Shown here: one piece after another, positions 1-12,844 of the stretch
Layout: every line of letters begins with the position of its first letter
Position numbering within the stretch: position 1 is the stretch's first letter
Assembly: GCF_001194135.2 (NCBI RefSeq)
Contig: NC_068984.1
Span: forward strand, 147,571,543-147,635,542
Reading direction: 5' to 3'
Source: Octopus bimaculoides
Lineage: Eukaryota
DNA: 64,000 bases
The notes under the pieces: model-generated
The model's input: the letters and a program-made list of their open reading frames with translations, nothing else
The model's database searches: none
What the model was told of the DNA's origin: nothing
Translations under genes and position numbers: made by a program

Positions 1-1228
1 TCTATTGCACTTTGACCTCTCATCACCTGGCAAAAACTCTCCCACCTTCTTCTATGCTAATTGGTTTTGTCTTGTTAGTTACTTAGTGACTGTACTTGTG
101 CCAGTGCTCTGTAAAAAAGTACACTCTGTGAAGTGGTTAGTATTAAAAAGGGCATCCAGCCATAAAAACCATGTCAAAGCACACTGGAACATGGTGCAGT
201 CCTCTGGCTTTCCAGCTCTTGTCAGATTGTCCATTCCACATCAACATGGAAAGCAAATGTTAAAAATGAGGATTAAGATTGCTTACCTGTTTGCTAAATG
301 GATTGAGACAGTGTAGAATTAAGTATACTTGCCAACGATGCCTGCAGGGAGTTTGAACTTTGAGCAGTTTGGTCAGTGCCATATCTTAGATTATTTTGTT
401 TTATTTATGTCAACAACACCGCCATACCATTCAACAATATCCTCTCTTTATTTGCCATCAACTCCAATGCACAGAGGAAATTGGCTGCACATAGAATGTG
501 TAGTCTTAATCTTTAACACCATGCAGAAGGAGCATGGAGTCTTAGTTCTTCACTGATATTGGTTAGAGAAAAGGGAACATGGTAAGAAACAGAAAACATG
601 GTCCATTTACTACTGCAATGGAACTTGGAGTTTCTGGTAAATTTGTAAAGATTTTATACTTGTATAGTTTGAAGAACAAAAGTAATGATTTCAGACTCTC
701 CAACTGGAGGCTATCAAAGATATGGCTACAGTACTAAAGGTAGTAAAAAAAGGTTGGTATGAGGAAAATTTGGCTATTGTTGAATAATAAATTGTTGATA
801 GTAATTATTTACTCAATAAATTTTCTGATGTCAGCCATTTAGAAATATCGGTTCTAAAGCTTCTACAATGCTCTTGGAGTTTATAGAATGTCTTGACTGT
901 TGAACCTGATTTGCAAGTTAGTAATCCATTTGCAAACTTCCTCAGATTTGGTTATCTTCAGTAAGTAGAGAGTACAAAAGTTGTAACTATTATTAGATTT
1001 GTACATTTGGACTGTCAGTCCGCCCGTCTCAAAAATGACAATAATTCATACAGATTAGTACTTAATAGTTGTAGTCATCAAGTAGGTAGAAATATAATCT
1101 CCAAATTTCCTGGAGTTCTGTCGAGTGGAAAAACTTCTCGCTTAAATATAGGTGCAGGCATGGCTGTGTGGTTAAGAAGTTTGCTTCTGAACCACTTGGT
1201 TTTGGATTCAATGTCAGTGTGTGAAATT

Positions 1229-2375
1229 ATTCGAGTGAGTTCGTTGCCAGTGCCCCTGAACTGGCTCTTGTGTGGGACCGTCGTAGGATTTTCGAGCGAG
1301 ATCGTTGCCAGTGCCCCTGGACTGGCTCTTGTGTGGGCGACACATGAAATCTTTCGAGCGGGATCGTTGCCAGTGCACCTGAACTGGCTCATGTGCGGGC
1401 GACACATGAAATATTTGGAGCAAGATCATTGCCAGTGTCACCCGCACAAGAGCCAGCCCAGGGGCACCGGCAATGATCTCGCTCGAAAGATATCATGTGT
1501 CGCCCGCACATGAGCCAGTCCAGGGGCACTGGCAACGATCNNNNNNNNNNNNNNNNNNNNNNNNNNNNNNNNNNNNNNNNNNNNNNNNNNNNNNNNNNNN
1601 NNNNNNNNNNNNNNNNNNNNNNNNNNNNNNNNNNNNNNNNNNNNNNNNNNNNNNNNNNNNNNNNNNNNNNNNNNNNNNNNNNNNNNNNNNNNNNNNNNNN
1701 NNNNNNNNNNNNNNNNNNNNNNNNNNNNNNNNNNNNNNNNNNNNNNNNNNNNNNNNNNNNNNNNNNNNNNNNNNNNNNNNNNNNNNNNNNNNNNNNNNNN
1801 NNNNNNNNNNNNNNNNNNNNNNNNNNNNNNNNNNNNNNNNNNNNNNNNNNNNNNNNNNNNNNNNNNNNNNNNNNNNNNNNNNNNNNNNNNNNNNNNNNNN
1901 NNNNNNNNNNNNNNNNNNNNNNNNNNNNNNNNNNNNNNNNNNNNNNNNNNNNNNNNNNNNNNNNNNNNNNNNNNNNNNNNNNNNNNNNNNNNNNNNNNNN
2001 NNNNNNNNNNNNNNNNNNNNNNNNNNNNNNNNNNNNNNNNNNNNNNNNNNNNNNNNNNNNNNNNNNNNNNNNNNNNNNNNNNNNNNNNNNNNNNNNNNNN
2101 NNNNNNNNNCCGCTCGAAAGATTTCATGTGTCGCCCGCACATGAGCCAGTCCAGGTGCACTGGCAACGATCCCGCTCGAAAGATTTCATGTGTCGCCCGC
2201 ACATGAGCCAGTCCAGGGGCACCGGCAACGGTCTCGCTCGAAACATTTCATGTGTCGCCCGCACATGAGCCAGTCCAGGGGCACTGGCAACGATCCCGCT
2301 CAAAACATTTCATGTGTCACCCACACAAGAGCTAGTCCAGGGGCACTGGCAACGATCTCGCTCGAAATATATCAT
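1229..2375. repeat. 62-bp GC-rich minisatellite (TTCGAGCGAGATCGTTGCCAGTGCCCCTGGACTGGCTCATGTGCGGGCGACACATGAAATCT) that switches orientation at about 1437; spans an N gap
   Basis: Unit starts at 1241, 1302, 1364 and 1426 on +; reverse-complement units from about 1437 to 1540 and from 2111 to 2375. Confidence 0.92.
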
Positions 2376-2620
2376 GTGAATCTGATTAATGTCTAGCTTT
2401 GACTTATGTTGTCTCTTTAGCTCAAAGTAAATTCTTTTATGACTTGACTTTATTTAGCTTTTACTCTAAGGATAAATAATACATGCAAAATAGGATAGTT
2501 TGTGAGTATAATGACATATACAAATGGAAGTATTAAATTGTGTTATAATTACAAGAACTTGTAACTGTTGGCATAATTAATAATGTCTGTGTAATACCTT
2601 ATATGGTATTTGTGTGTTCA

Positions 2621-2680
<60 letters not shown>

Positions 2681-3094
2681 TTTATACAGACAGTCATTGT
2701 CATTTTCCATCCTGTTTTTTTTTCCATGCTAGCATAAATACACGCACCAATCAACAATACATGTTACATACATCACAAACACATATTCCTACAATCTTGT
2801 TTTGTTTCTTTTTTAAACAAAACAATGGGAAAATACTCTCTCTACAGATGAACTTTGACTCCCCCTCCCTCTCTCCCTCCCTCCCCCCTTCTCTCCTTAA
2901 TATTCCAATGGTAGAAATGAAAGTATGTTTCTGTTTTCAATCCTATCCTATAGGTTCTAATTACTGTTAAATGAAAACACGGGTTTGTCCCATCTTGATA
3001 GAATTTTGAGTCATATTGGTACACTTAATCCAGAGACTCAACTTCAGTAACACCTGAGTGCTAATGTAAACAAAAGTTCTATATATGAATATAT

Positions 3095-4070
3095 CATCAT
3101 CATCATCATTTCAATGTCTGCTTTTTTCATGCAGGCATGGATTAGATGGTTCAACTGGAACCTGCAAGCCAGAGTTCTGCATGAAGCTCCATAGTCAGCT
3201 TTAGCATGCTTTCTGCAACTGGGTGACCTTCCTGAATGCTTTTTAAAAGGCTTTAGCTCTAGTGAAGTCAAGTCTGGTGAGTGGAGGGAATGGTATTGAG
3301 GGAAGAGGCTTTATAGCAGGTAATGGGAGTTGTATAGAAACAAGTGGATTTCTGTGGAGGAGGTACATGGTTACCGCAGTTGGAAAAGAAAGAGGAGGGT
3401 GTTGAAGATGCGTTAAGGCATACCCTCAAGTTAGAGCAAGATCTATTTTCCTGTAAAACAATGTCAACCTCATAAGGATGATTTCAAGTCACAACACTAA
3501 GAGTTGACAAATAACAAAGCATTTTATCAAATTCTACCAATCATCATCATCATTGAATGTCCGTTCCATGTTGGCATAGGTTGGACAGTTTGATCAGGGC
3601 TGACAAGCTGGAAGGCTACACCAGACTCCAGTCTGATTTGGCATGGTTTTCTACAGCTGGATGCCCTTTCTAACATCAACCACTTCAGGAGTGTAATGGG
3701 TGCTTTAACATGCCACCAGCATGGGTGCCATTTGCGTGACGCCAGTATCTGTCACGACTGCGATTTTGCTTGGCTTGATGGGTCTTCTTCTCAAGCATGA
3801 CATAATGCCAAATGGTCTCAGTCATTGTCTCCGTGCGGCCCAACACTCGAAAGGAACTCAGCCACTTTGCCTCCATGAGGCCCAACACTTGAAAGGTGCT
3901 CTTTACATGCTCATCATTGTTTAACGTCTTCTTTCCATGCTGGCATGGGTTGGATGGTTTGACAGGAGTTGGCCAGGCAGAAGCCTGCGCCATACTTCTG
4001 TGTTTGTTTTGGCATGGTTTTTCACAGCTAGATGCCCTTCCTAACACCAACCACTCAATAGAGTGCCACT
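3095..4070 (-). mobile_element. Cluster of RTE-LINE 3'-tail fragments
   Basis: Repeated (CAT)n..TTTAA.GTCC..TTCCATGCTGGCATGGGTTGGA..GGATGCCCTTCCTAAC tails at about 3095, 3540 and 3910. Confidence 0.75.
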
Positions 4071-4477
4071 GCCTCAAAATATATTTAATCATGACAGTCT
4101 CAATTATATTTTGTAGTTGTTGAATGAAAGCATACTTAATGCATGGAGTAGTTGAACATTGAAGTGAAATATATAATGTGTCGAGGAAAAAGTCTTAGAC
4201 CAGGACATCTATTTTCCAGTATTTATGGGTGACAACTTCAGACATGTTTCTGGATGTTTGAAACTTCTTAGCAAAAGTATGACCTTACTGCATCTTGATA
4301 AACTGGTAGCAAACAAACTAATAAGTAAATGGACAGAAGTATAGTTTGAAGGTATTAAAAATAAATTTGTTTAGAAATTACATAATTTTGAGATGTCATC
4401 TATTTGATGAACAATAAGGTAAGTGGGTTAATGGGGCATTAAAATGCTGAAGTAAACTAAAATAATGTAGTGAGAAA

Positions 4478-4676
4478 AATGGTGAAGAAGTTTGCTTCCC
4501 AAATACTTGGTTTTAAGTTCAGTCCCACTGTGTGGCACTTTGGGCAAGTATCTTCTACTTTTTGCCCTAGATTGCTCAAAGTTGTGTGAGTGGACTTGGT
4601 TGGTGGAAACAGTAAGAAGCTCACCACACACACACGCACACGCACACGCACACACACACACNNNNNNNNNNCACGC

Positions 4677-4726
<50 letters not shown>

Positions 4727-4985
4727 GTATGTGTATGAGTGTATCTCTTGATATCATAGTTGTAAATGAGTATTGCTGCTTTACAAGCAATGTTATTTGT
4801 TTCTGATATTCTACTGCACATGTCTGGCCATGGGGAAATATTACTTTACTTGGAAATAAGGTGAGGGTGGGTGACAGGAAGTGCATCCAACCATAGAAAA
4901 TCTGCTTTGATAAATTGTGCCTAATCCATGCAAGCATGTAAAAGTAGACATTAAAACAAGAATAATGATGATGATGATGATGCTG
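4478..4985 (+). mobile_element. tRNA-derived SINE (head GGCTGTGTGGTAAGAAG...GGTTCAGTCCCACTG, internal CA/TG repeat, LINE-like tail)
   Basis: A/B-box-like head; many related copies in the window. Confidence 0.75.
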
Positions 4986-6486
4986 ATTTCTGAAATTATT
5001 TTAAACTCATATTTTACAAAGGAAATTTTAAGTCAAGTTTCATCTACAAAATTCAGATTTTAACTTGAATGTGTGCATGTGTGTACTCATATATTTTACC
5101 AACCCGATAACTTTGCATTTTGGTTGGAATAAGTAATCAATACTCCATAATTAATGTTGTTGTTGTTGTCATAGGCACAAACATGGCTGCAGTAAAATCC
5201 AAACTCACTCTAAGGAAAATGCTGACAAGTCTACATTGGTATAAGAACAGTTTTCTTTTCTAACAACTGTTAATGCATCGAGCAGCTGTGAGATTTTATA
5301 GATCCTTTCATATTTTATCAATTATATGTAATAGTAGCATACTTTTATGGGAGTTTCCAACCATCTGTGGCTTAGAGATTATTTACTCATTCACTAAGCA
5401 AAGAGTTTACAGGCAAAAGAGGCCACCGACCACTCAGACTTTTTTCTCTGAGCTCATTTTTGTGCAAATTGTACAAATTACGAATTACCTGGGGCATAAA
5501 TGTGTCTATTCCTTTTTTTTTTCTTTTTTTTTTTTTTGCATAAGTCTAAAGTCCATTGGCTGCTGGAGATAGGTTGTGTTGATGATGCATATTGAGGCAG
5601 AAACTTATGTCCACAACTGTCCTCTTATCTGCAGACAATAATCCAATTCTTTCTTTTCCTTAATGGTCTATCAAGTTCAGAAAATCTTTGATACTTGAGA
5701 TTATCTCATGTGGAGCTGGTTTTAATTGCCATTTGGTAATTGATACATCTTCTTGAGGTGGAGATAATTTTAATAAATCAATAATTTTGTATGTTATTTG
5801 ATATATTTGTCTATCTCTAGTCCAAAGCCATAGGCAATAGTAAGCAGCTTTGGTTTGTTGGCATACAGTGAAGACTTCCTGTAGTAAAACTTACTTTCAA
5901 CTGACCAGCAAGTAGACTCATTTCTCATCCAGAATATCAATCAAAAAGTTTGTCTTTAACCAACTCAGTACTATGGAAACCAGAGATAATCTCCAATTTC
6001 ATGGATCTAGGAGGTTTGGAAAAGGATTAACTTTATCATAAAAAGGTGTACTTGCTAGGATTAACTTTATTGTGAACAAGATTAGAAAATTTTGTGTTTT
6101 AGATATTACAAAGAACGTATATAAAAGACACACTGTCCTTTCTCAAGTGATTAAAAATCTTTTGAAATTATAACATAAAAATTCACATCATTATAACCTT
6201 TAATCCTTCACCATTTTGTGGTGTGGAAGTGGTTTTGAATAGCATTGACCAGCCCTGTTTGAGTAAATTAATGGCTGGCCTAATAATAGCTACCATTATC
6301 CTCAGCATCAGAGACATGCAGATAGGTTTAATACATTGTTTTGTCGACCTTTACCATTTAATCCTCTTTGTATGTATGGCTATGTTGTAATTTGGGATAA
6401 ATGCTTTCACCAGATTTAGAACTTTTGTTCTCTTATCAAACTAATTGAGAATTGAACATGTAACTGATTGGGAATCTACATAGGAA

Positions 6487-6735
6487 AGGCGCACAGCCTA
6501 ATGGTTAGGTGGTTGCACTCATGGTCATGAAATTGTGGTTTCAATTCCTGGACTGGTTGGTGCATTGTGCTCCTGAATGAAACATTTCATTTCACATTAC
6601 TCCACTCCACTCAGCTGTAAATGAGGAACAACCCTGCAACAGGCTGGCATCCCATCCAGGGAGGGTGTTGTGACCTCGGTCATTTAAATGCCATGGAAAC
6701 TGGGTAACCAGTCCTATGAGTCCTTAAACTCAAGA
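6487..6735 (+). mobile_element. Third tRNA-derived SINE type with an L2-like tail (CCCTGC.A..G.CTGGCATCCCATCCAGGG)
   Basis: tRNA-like head GCGCACAGCCTAATGGTTAG...GGTTTCAATTCC; a degenerate relative lies at about 26300-26410. Confidence 0.55.
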
Positions 6736-7467
6736 CAATAACACCCTGGGGGAGTGGGGTTGGCTGGGCTGTTAATGAAACTACATAGAAGCTTCTTGAT
6801 TGCTTCACTGTTTCCATTGCTATCATGTTAAAGCAAAAAGGTTTACAGCCGCCACCGCTACCGCCACCGCCGCCACCGCTACCGCCGCCACCACAGCAGT
6901 GTTGAATTGAAGAAGAAGGAAAAACTGGCAGCATTTAATTTTCTCTGTCTGTATTTTATGTTCAGTCATGCATGGGTTGGTCGTTGGTCAATGAAATAAA
7001 TACCAAAAGGTTTTATCGATGAGATCAATCAATAAGCATGAGCAGTGTAGGTCATTTTATTATTTATTGGGAGGTTGACATTCAACAATCGATCACAGTT
7101 GGATTTGCAATCTCAACTCAGATCAATGCAATTCAATATTGTAAGGAATTTAGTCCAATTCTCTGTAGAATGATAAACTGTGTCCAGTGTCTATATTAAA
7201 AACTTACATGTGTACAATCCTATCAGTGTTGGAACAAAGTAAAATGGTAAATATTTTGTTTGCCTCTTCAATATTTGTGTTTCAGTCGTATGACTGCGGC
7301 CATGCTGGGGCGCAACCTTGATGGATTTAGTTGAACAAACTAACCTCAGTACTTGTTTTTTTAAGTCTTGGTACTTATTGTATTGATCTCTTTTGTAAAA
7401 CTGCTAAGTTACAACAATGTAAACAAATCAATTCAAATGTTGCTGGTGGTGATGAAAGACAGTGACA

Positions 7468-7512
<45 letters not shown>

Positions 7513-7669
7513 GCAGGTTTCTCAGTTTCTACCTACTAAATTCACTCAGAAGGCATTTGTTGGCCTAGGGCTAATCACAGACACTTGCCCAGGGTGTCTC
7601 ATACTGGGACTGAACCTGAAACTATGTGGTTAGAGAGCAAGCTTCTTAACCACTGCAGTGAACTCACAT

Positions 7670-7873
7670 GGAACTATCAAATGTAATAATCACATATTCA
7701 CATTGTTTTGAATTTAATCCTGCATTATCTCATGGCTTGCAGATTTCAATGATGTGATTATTCATTTTTAGACTAACATTGTAAGGTATGTGCAAGAAGT
7801 TGGATCTGGCCAGTTTAAGTATTAAACTGATAGAATATTTGGGTCAGATATTACCGGTTTACTAAAGGGTTAA
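7670..7873. mobile_element. piggyBac-like MITE fragment ending AAAGGG-TTAA
   Basis: Right end CCGGTTTACTAAAGGGTTAA; left end degenerate. Confidence 0.55.
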
Positions 7874-7924
7874 ATTATATACTTTCACCAGGGGTTTCGT
7901 GTCATCTTTCATCACTGATAATAA

Positions 7925-8130
7925 TTTCTCAGATTGGTAAAGCACATCCAGTCCCACGACATAGTCTTAGTTCCTCCCATGCAATTGACTGGGGTCCAGG
8001 TTTTGAATGTAGTTGCCAGCATCTTCTCAGGTGATACTAAATTATTTCAGATCTTCTTTGAAGGTGGGGCACCATGTTTTCTTGGCACTTCTATAGAATA
8101 CCAGCAGCATTATCTAAGAGATGTGCCATA
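7925..8130 (-). mobile_element. Degenerate LINE 3' coding fragment
   Basis: Minus strand AKKTWCPTFKEDLK...EDA resembles RPKKTWRRTxKEDL of RTE-like ORF2 C-termini. Confidence 0.4.
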
Positions 8131-8249
8131 GTTTACTTGTATAAAATTGTTTCTATTAGCGTTATTATTATTGTACAAAATGTGTAGATGTATGTAAATA
8201 TGCTTATTATATAATATAGACATAAATAAGCATGTTTATTATGCAATAC

Positions 8250-8302
<53 letters not shown>

Positions 8303-9051
8303 NNNNNNNNNNNNNNNNNNNNNNNNNNNNNNNNNNNNNNNNNNNNNNNNNNNNNNNNNNNNNNNNNNNNNNNNNNNNNNNNNNNNNNNNNNNNNNNNNN
8401 NNNNNNNNNNNNNNNNNNNNNNNNNNNNNNNNNNNNNNNNNNNNNNNNNNNNNNNNNNNNNNNNNNNNNNNNNNNNNNNNNNNNNNNNNNNNNNNNNNNN
8501 NNNNNNNNNNNNNNNNNNNNNNNNNNNNNNNNNNNNNNNNNNNNNNNNNNNNNNNNNNNNNNNNNNNNNNNNNNNNNNNNNNNNNNNNNNNNNNNNNNNN
8601 NNNNNNNNNNNNNNNNNNNNNNNNNNNNNNNNNNNNNNNNNNNNNNNNNNNNNNNNNNNNNNNNNNNNNNNNNNNNNNNNNNNNNNNNNNNNNNNNNNNN
8701 NNNNNNNNNNNNNNNNNNNNNNNNNNNNNNNNNNNNNNNNNNNNNNNNNNNNNNNNNNNNNNNNNNNNNNNNNNNNNNNNNNNNNNNNNNNNNNNNNNNN
8801 NNNNNNNNNNNNNNNNNNNNNNNNNNNNNNNNNNNNNNNNNNNNNNNNNNNNNNNNNNNNNNNNNNNNNNNNNNNNNNNNNNNNNNNNNNNNNNNNNNNN
8901 NNNNNNNNNNNNNNNNNNNNNNNNNNNNNNNNNNNNNNNNNNNNNNNNNNNNNNNNNNNNNNNNNNNNNNNNNNNNNNNNNNNNNNNNNNNNNNNNNNNN
9001 NNNNNNNNNNNNNNNNNNNNNNNNNNNNNNNNNNNNNNNNNNNNNNNNNNN

Positions 9052-9500
9052 ACCATTTCGAGCGTGGCCGTTTTCGTGCGGGTGACACGTAAAAGCACCC
9101 ACTACACTCTCTGAGTGGTTGGTGTTAGGAAGGGCATCCAGCTGTAGAAACTCTGCCAAATCAGACTGGAGCCTGGTGTTGCCATCCGGTTTCACCAGTC
9201 CTCAGTCAAATCGTCCAACCCATGCTAGCATGGAAAGCGGACGTTAAACGATGATGATGATGATGATGATGATATATATATATATCATCATCATCATCCA
9301 TTGTCCATGCTGGCATGGGTTGGATGGTTTGAACAGAAGTGGCAAGCTGGGGAGCTGCACCAGACTCTAGTCTGTTGTGGCATGGTTTCTACAGCTGGAT
9401 GCCCTTACTAACATGCCAACCACTTCACAATATGTGCTTTTATGTGGCACAAGTGCTTTTGGGGAACCACACAGGCACGTTTGCATGGCACCACCATGAA
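9052..9500. mobile_element. Two RTE-LINE tails in tail-to-tail orientation (9052-9275 on +, 9285-9500 on -)
   Basis: GGAAGGGCATCCAGCTGTAGAAAC...ACGTTAAAC(GAT)n immediately followed by (CAT)n...GGATGCCC. Confidence 0.75.
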
Positions 9501-9735
9501 TACTTTACACAACCAAAGGGACTGATGTTAATGCTTCAGCATCCTGAGTTCAGCATCCTGAGTTCATCCTTCAGTACTTCATGCCATCTCTTCTCGGGTC
9601 TTCCACTTTCATGTGTTCCATCTACTTTGACAAATTGGCACTTCTTTATGGCGCTGTCAACATCCATCCACATCACATGACCAAACCAGTGCAGTCTTCT
9701 CTCTTGCACACAAGTAATTCCTCTTATTGCCTAAC

Positions 9736-9769
<34 letters not shown>

Positions 9770-9783
9770 TTCTCTCTCTTTCT

Positions 9784-9824
<41 letters not shown>

Positions 9825-10289
9825 AGGCTGTGAAAGATTTCAGAACATTTATAAAGAGAAGGTCTCGCTGTTTCCGGGATATTTTATATATCCCTTCAAC
9901 AGAGACGGTGCGAGAAAATGGTTAAGCAGTTGTTATTCTAGAGAAGATATGGAATAGAGAGTGAAGTGGAGGAATGAAAACAGACGTGAGATATGCAAGG
10001 ATGTTGTATCTGCAGTTCCATTATTTAAGCAGAATGGTATACATATAAGATTCCTGTACCTTGTGTGTAAGTTCCAACAGTATTTAAAATTGGTCATTCC
10101 AAGCATAGAGTTTGTAACCCGTGTTATTGGAGTACAGCATGTCGTTTATCAAGTTTCTGGCACAGTAAATTATGTCATGGTGCTGTTTTTGTCACAGACG
10201 ATGCCCAACTGACCCCCTACTATTCAAACAATGTGCATGTATGAAGTTGAAAATATAAAATGGCAACAATTTACCCATTGCACCCTGTA

Positions 10290-10319
10290 TGTGTGTGTGT
10301 GTGCGTGTGTGTGTGTGTG

Positions 10320-10382
<63 letters not shown>
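10290..10382. repeat. (TG)n-AT-(AC)n self-complementary dinucleotide microsatellite; representative of dozens of (TA)n, (CA)n, (CT)n, (GAT)n, (ACT)n and (AAT)n tracts in the window
   Basis: Directly visible. Other examples: 2632-2677, 7469-7509, 9736-9821, 12258-12302, 46420-46465, 47683-47720. Confidence 0.95.
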
Positions 10383-10387
<5 letters not shown>

Positions 10388-11877
10388 CTTAACTCATTCC
10401 ATCTCACAAGTGATAAGTAATGCACATTTATTTAGTATGAAATTACTGTTGATGTTCATGGTAGTGTAGCATAGACATTGCACCTGTAATTGTTGGTGTC
10501 TGTGGAGTGCCTTGAGTGCAGCCTGTGTTATTTTACCTGTGGCAACAAGCATGAAATTAAAGGTGTCGGGGATGGAGTTAGGGGTGGAATGTCTCAAATT
10601 TATTTATTTTAGGTCGTTTGAAATTCCATTTCACCAAAGTTTTATCTATTTTCTCAACTTTTACTTGGATCTGTCATTGAAGCATGTAAAACAAATGAAT
10701 GAACTGAACGTTTAAATTACCATATGTGTGTGTGTGTGTGTGTTTGTGCGTAACCTTGTCTTGACATTACAATGTTGTAAGTGAGCACCACCATCATACA
10801 AGCGATGTTCATTTTCTTCTGTAGTAAAATATTACCTTTCTTAGCAACAAGAAGAGCATCCAGCAATCTGCTGTAAATTCTGTTTGACCCATTACAAGAA
10901 TGGAACAGTGTACGTTAAATGTTAACACACACACACACACACAATCTTAGCCGTTTTTTTGCTGCTTCTCCTTTCTTCTTTTTCTTGTCTTACAAGTCAC
11001 ATGGCAATCTCACTTGTGCCAGTAGCACAAAAAAAAAAAAAAATGACATTGGAACTCAGCACAGCCTTGCAATTCACTGGGCCTTGTCAAACCATTCAAC
11101 CCATGCCAGCATGGAAAAACAGATGTTAAACGACAATGATTATATGTTTTTTGTAATTTAAGATTAGTGTATGATTTGAGCAGGGAAGATTTGGTTGCTA
11201 TATCTAGTATGTTAAGCTACCATGTAAAGGCTTGTGCTTTGCTAGTTTGCAGATCTGGAATCAAATCCAGACTTGTAGACTTAACAGTATCCATGGAGAA
11301 TCTTCCTCCACCCCATGTATTTTTCTTTGATTCATTCTGACGTTTGTCCTTCATATCTCTGAATATGAACAGATTGGTAGTTTTAATCTTTGTGGACCCT
11401 GAGGTGACTTGGTTGAATATACGGTAACTTGAAGGAATTTCCAGTCCCCACAACCCCTGGGATGTGAGTTAAAACAACAAAAAGATTAAGAAAAAAGTTA
11501 TCAGATTTTTAGAACACAGATTGCTGTGAAATCACTTCCCAGCAGTTGTAGGGGGTGAGGGCCACAGTGGAGAGGATGAAACTAAAGTAAATGGAAGTAC
11601 AACTGTTTTGCATTAAATGTTAATAGAGATTAGATTAAGTGTTACAGGTGTGAGGTGGCTAGTTGTGGTGATGGTGGTGGTGGGGGGGGCAACTTATATT
11701 TATGATGTAGGATTACTGGAAAACCAACCAGACAGCCAACCAGCAAACCAGCCAGCCAGTTTGTCATAATCTGATGGGTGGTGCCTCTTGTATCTTCTAA
11801 TTCAAGTTAATCAATTTGTTTATCATCATAGCGCTTTTACAATGGCACCATCGCACTAATGTCAGTCTCCCTGTGAC

Positions 11878-11884
11878 TATAAAA
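11878..11884 (+). promoter_or_regulatory. Candidate TATA box for an internal/alternative CAP promoter
   Basis: TATAAAA in a repeat-free stretch about 460 nt upstream of the ATG at 12342. Confidence 0.3.
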
Positions 11885-12256
11885 TACCCATACATCTTCA
11901 CTCCTGGCATTATCTTGCAGAATCATTTTTATTCAGGTTTTTTCTTTTGCTTGTTTTAATTTTCTTTGTTTCTTTCTTTTATTTCACAAATTATTTTGTT
12001 GAAGTCATTTGACCCATTTTGTCTGTGATCAATCATTCAAACTCATTTTATATTTATATTTCATTTCATTTCGTTTCTTAAAGTAGGAAATTTATTTAAT
12101 AATAGCCGTTATGTAATTACAGAACAGCAATTTTAATTATCCACCTCACTTAATTGTGTTTACCGCTGAAGTTGTTGCAAATTTTCTGCCCAATTACACT
12201 CTTAGTATCCATCAAATTTATTTCTATACCAGTGTTTGGTGCCAAATAAGCTCCAC

Positions 12257-12303
<47 letters not shown>

Positions 12304-12341
12304 GAATCTTAAGAGTATTTTTTTTTTTATAAACTCTAAGC

Positions 12342-12444
12342 ATGTATGTAAACAATCCTAACAGCATGAATTGTTACTATCCCCCGCCATACAATTATTC
12401 CTATCAGTATTACCAATCGCCAGTATATTATCAACCTGTCACAG
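12342..12444 (+). CDS. CAP1: Putative alternative first coding exon of CAP: MYVNNPNSMNCYYPPPYNYSYQYYQSPVYYQPVT
   Basis: ATG at 12342 (A at -3, in-frame TAA at 12330 upstream) and a second in-frame ATG at 12366. The frame is open and Tyr/Pro-rich, ends at a strong donor ACAG|GTGAGT (phase 1), and matches the phase of the acceptor at 14855. Confidence 0.6.
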
Positions 12445-12794
12445 GTGAGTTATCAATTTTTCTGTTTTATGGTAAATAATGCTGCCAGCCAAATATTCCA
12501 GTTGCAGTTTTTCTGTCTTATTCTGTTTCAAAGAGTGGTGAGGTGGGGTTCTATCAAATTTATTCACTGTATCTGTAACACAATATATTTAAGTAATGCA
12601 GCACATGCAGGTACATATGGCAATATACGTATGTAGTACAATGTGTGAATGTAATACAATATATGCTGGTATATGATGCAATATATGTAATACAATGTAT
12701 GACTCCTCTGATGTATATGCTTGATTTTCATGCCCTCCACCACCATCACATTCTGCAAGCACCTCCCCATGCTGAGGAGATGCTTGCACTGTGT

Positions 12795-12844
<50 letters not shown>

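Noticed and set aside
1229-2375. Regularly spaced repeats superficially resembling a CRISPR array
   Set aside because: The units are contiguous with no unique spacers, derive from a LINE 3' UTR, and the DNA is eukaryotic with no cas genes.
6848-6900. CCG/CCA run reading PPPLPPPPPPLPPPPQQC, tempting as the CAP poly-proline exon
   Set aside because: It lies far upstream of the helical-folded-domain exons (wrong order), has an immediate stop and no donor; it is a trinucleotide microsatellite.
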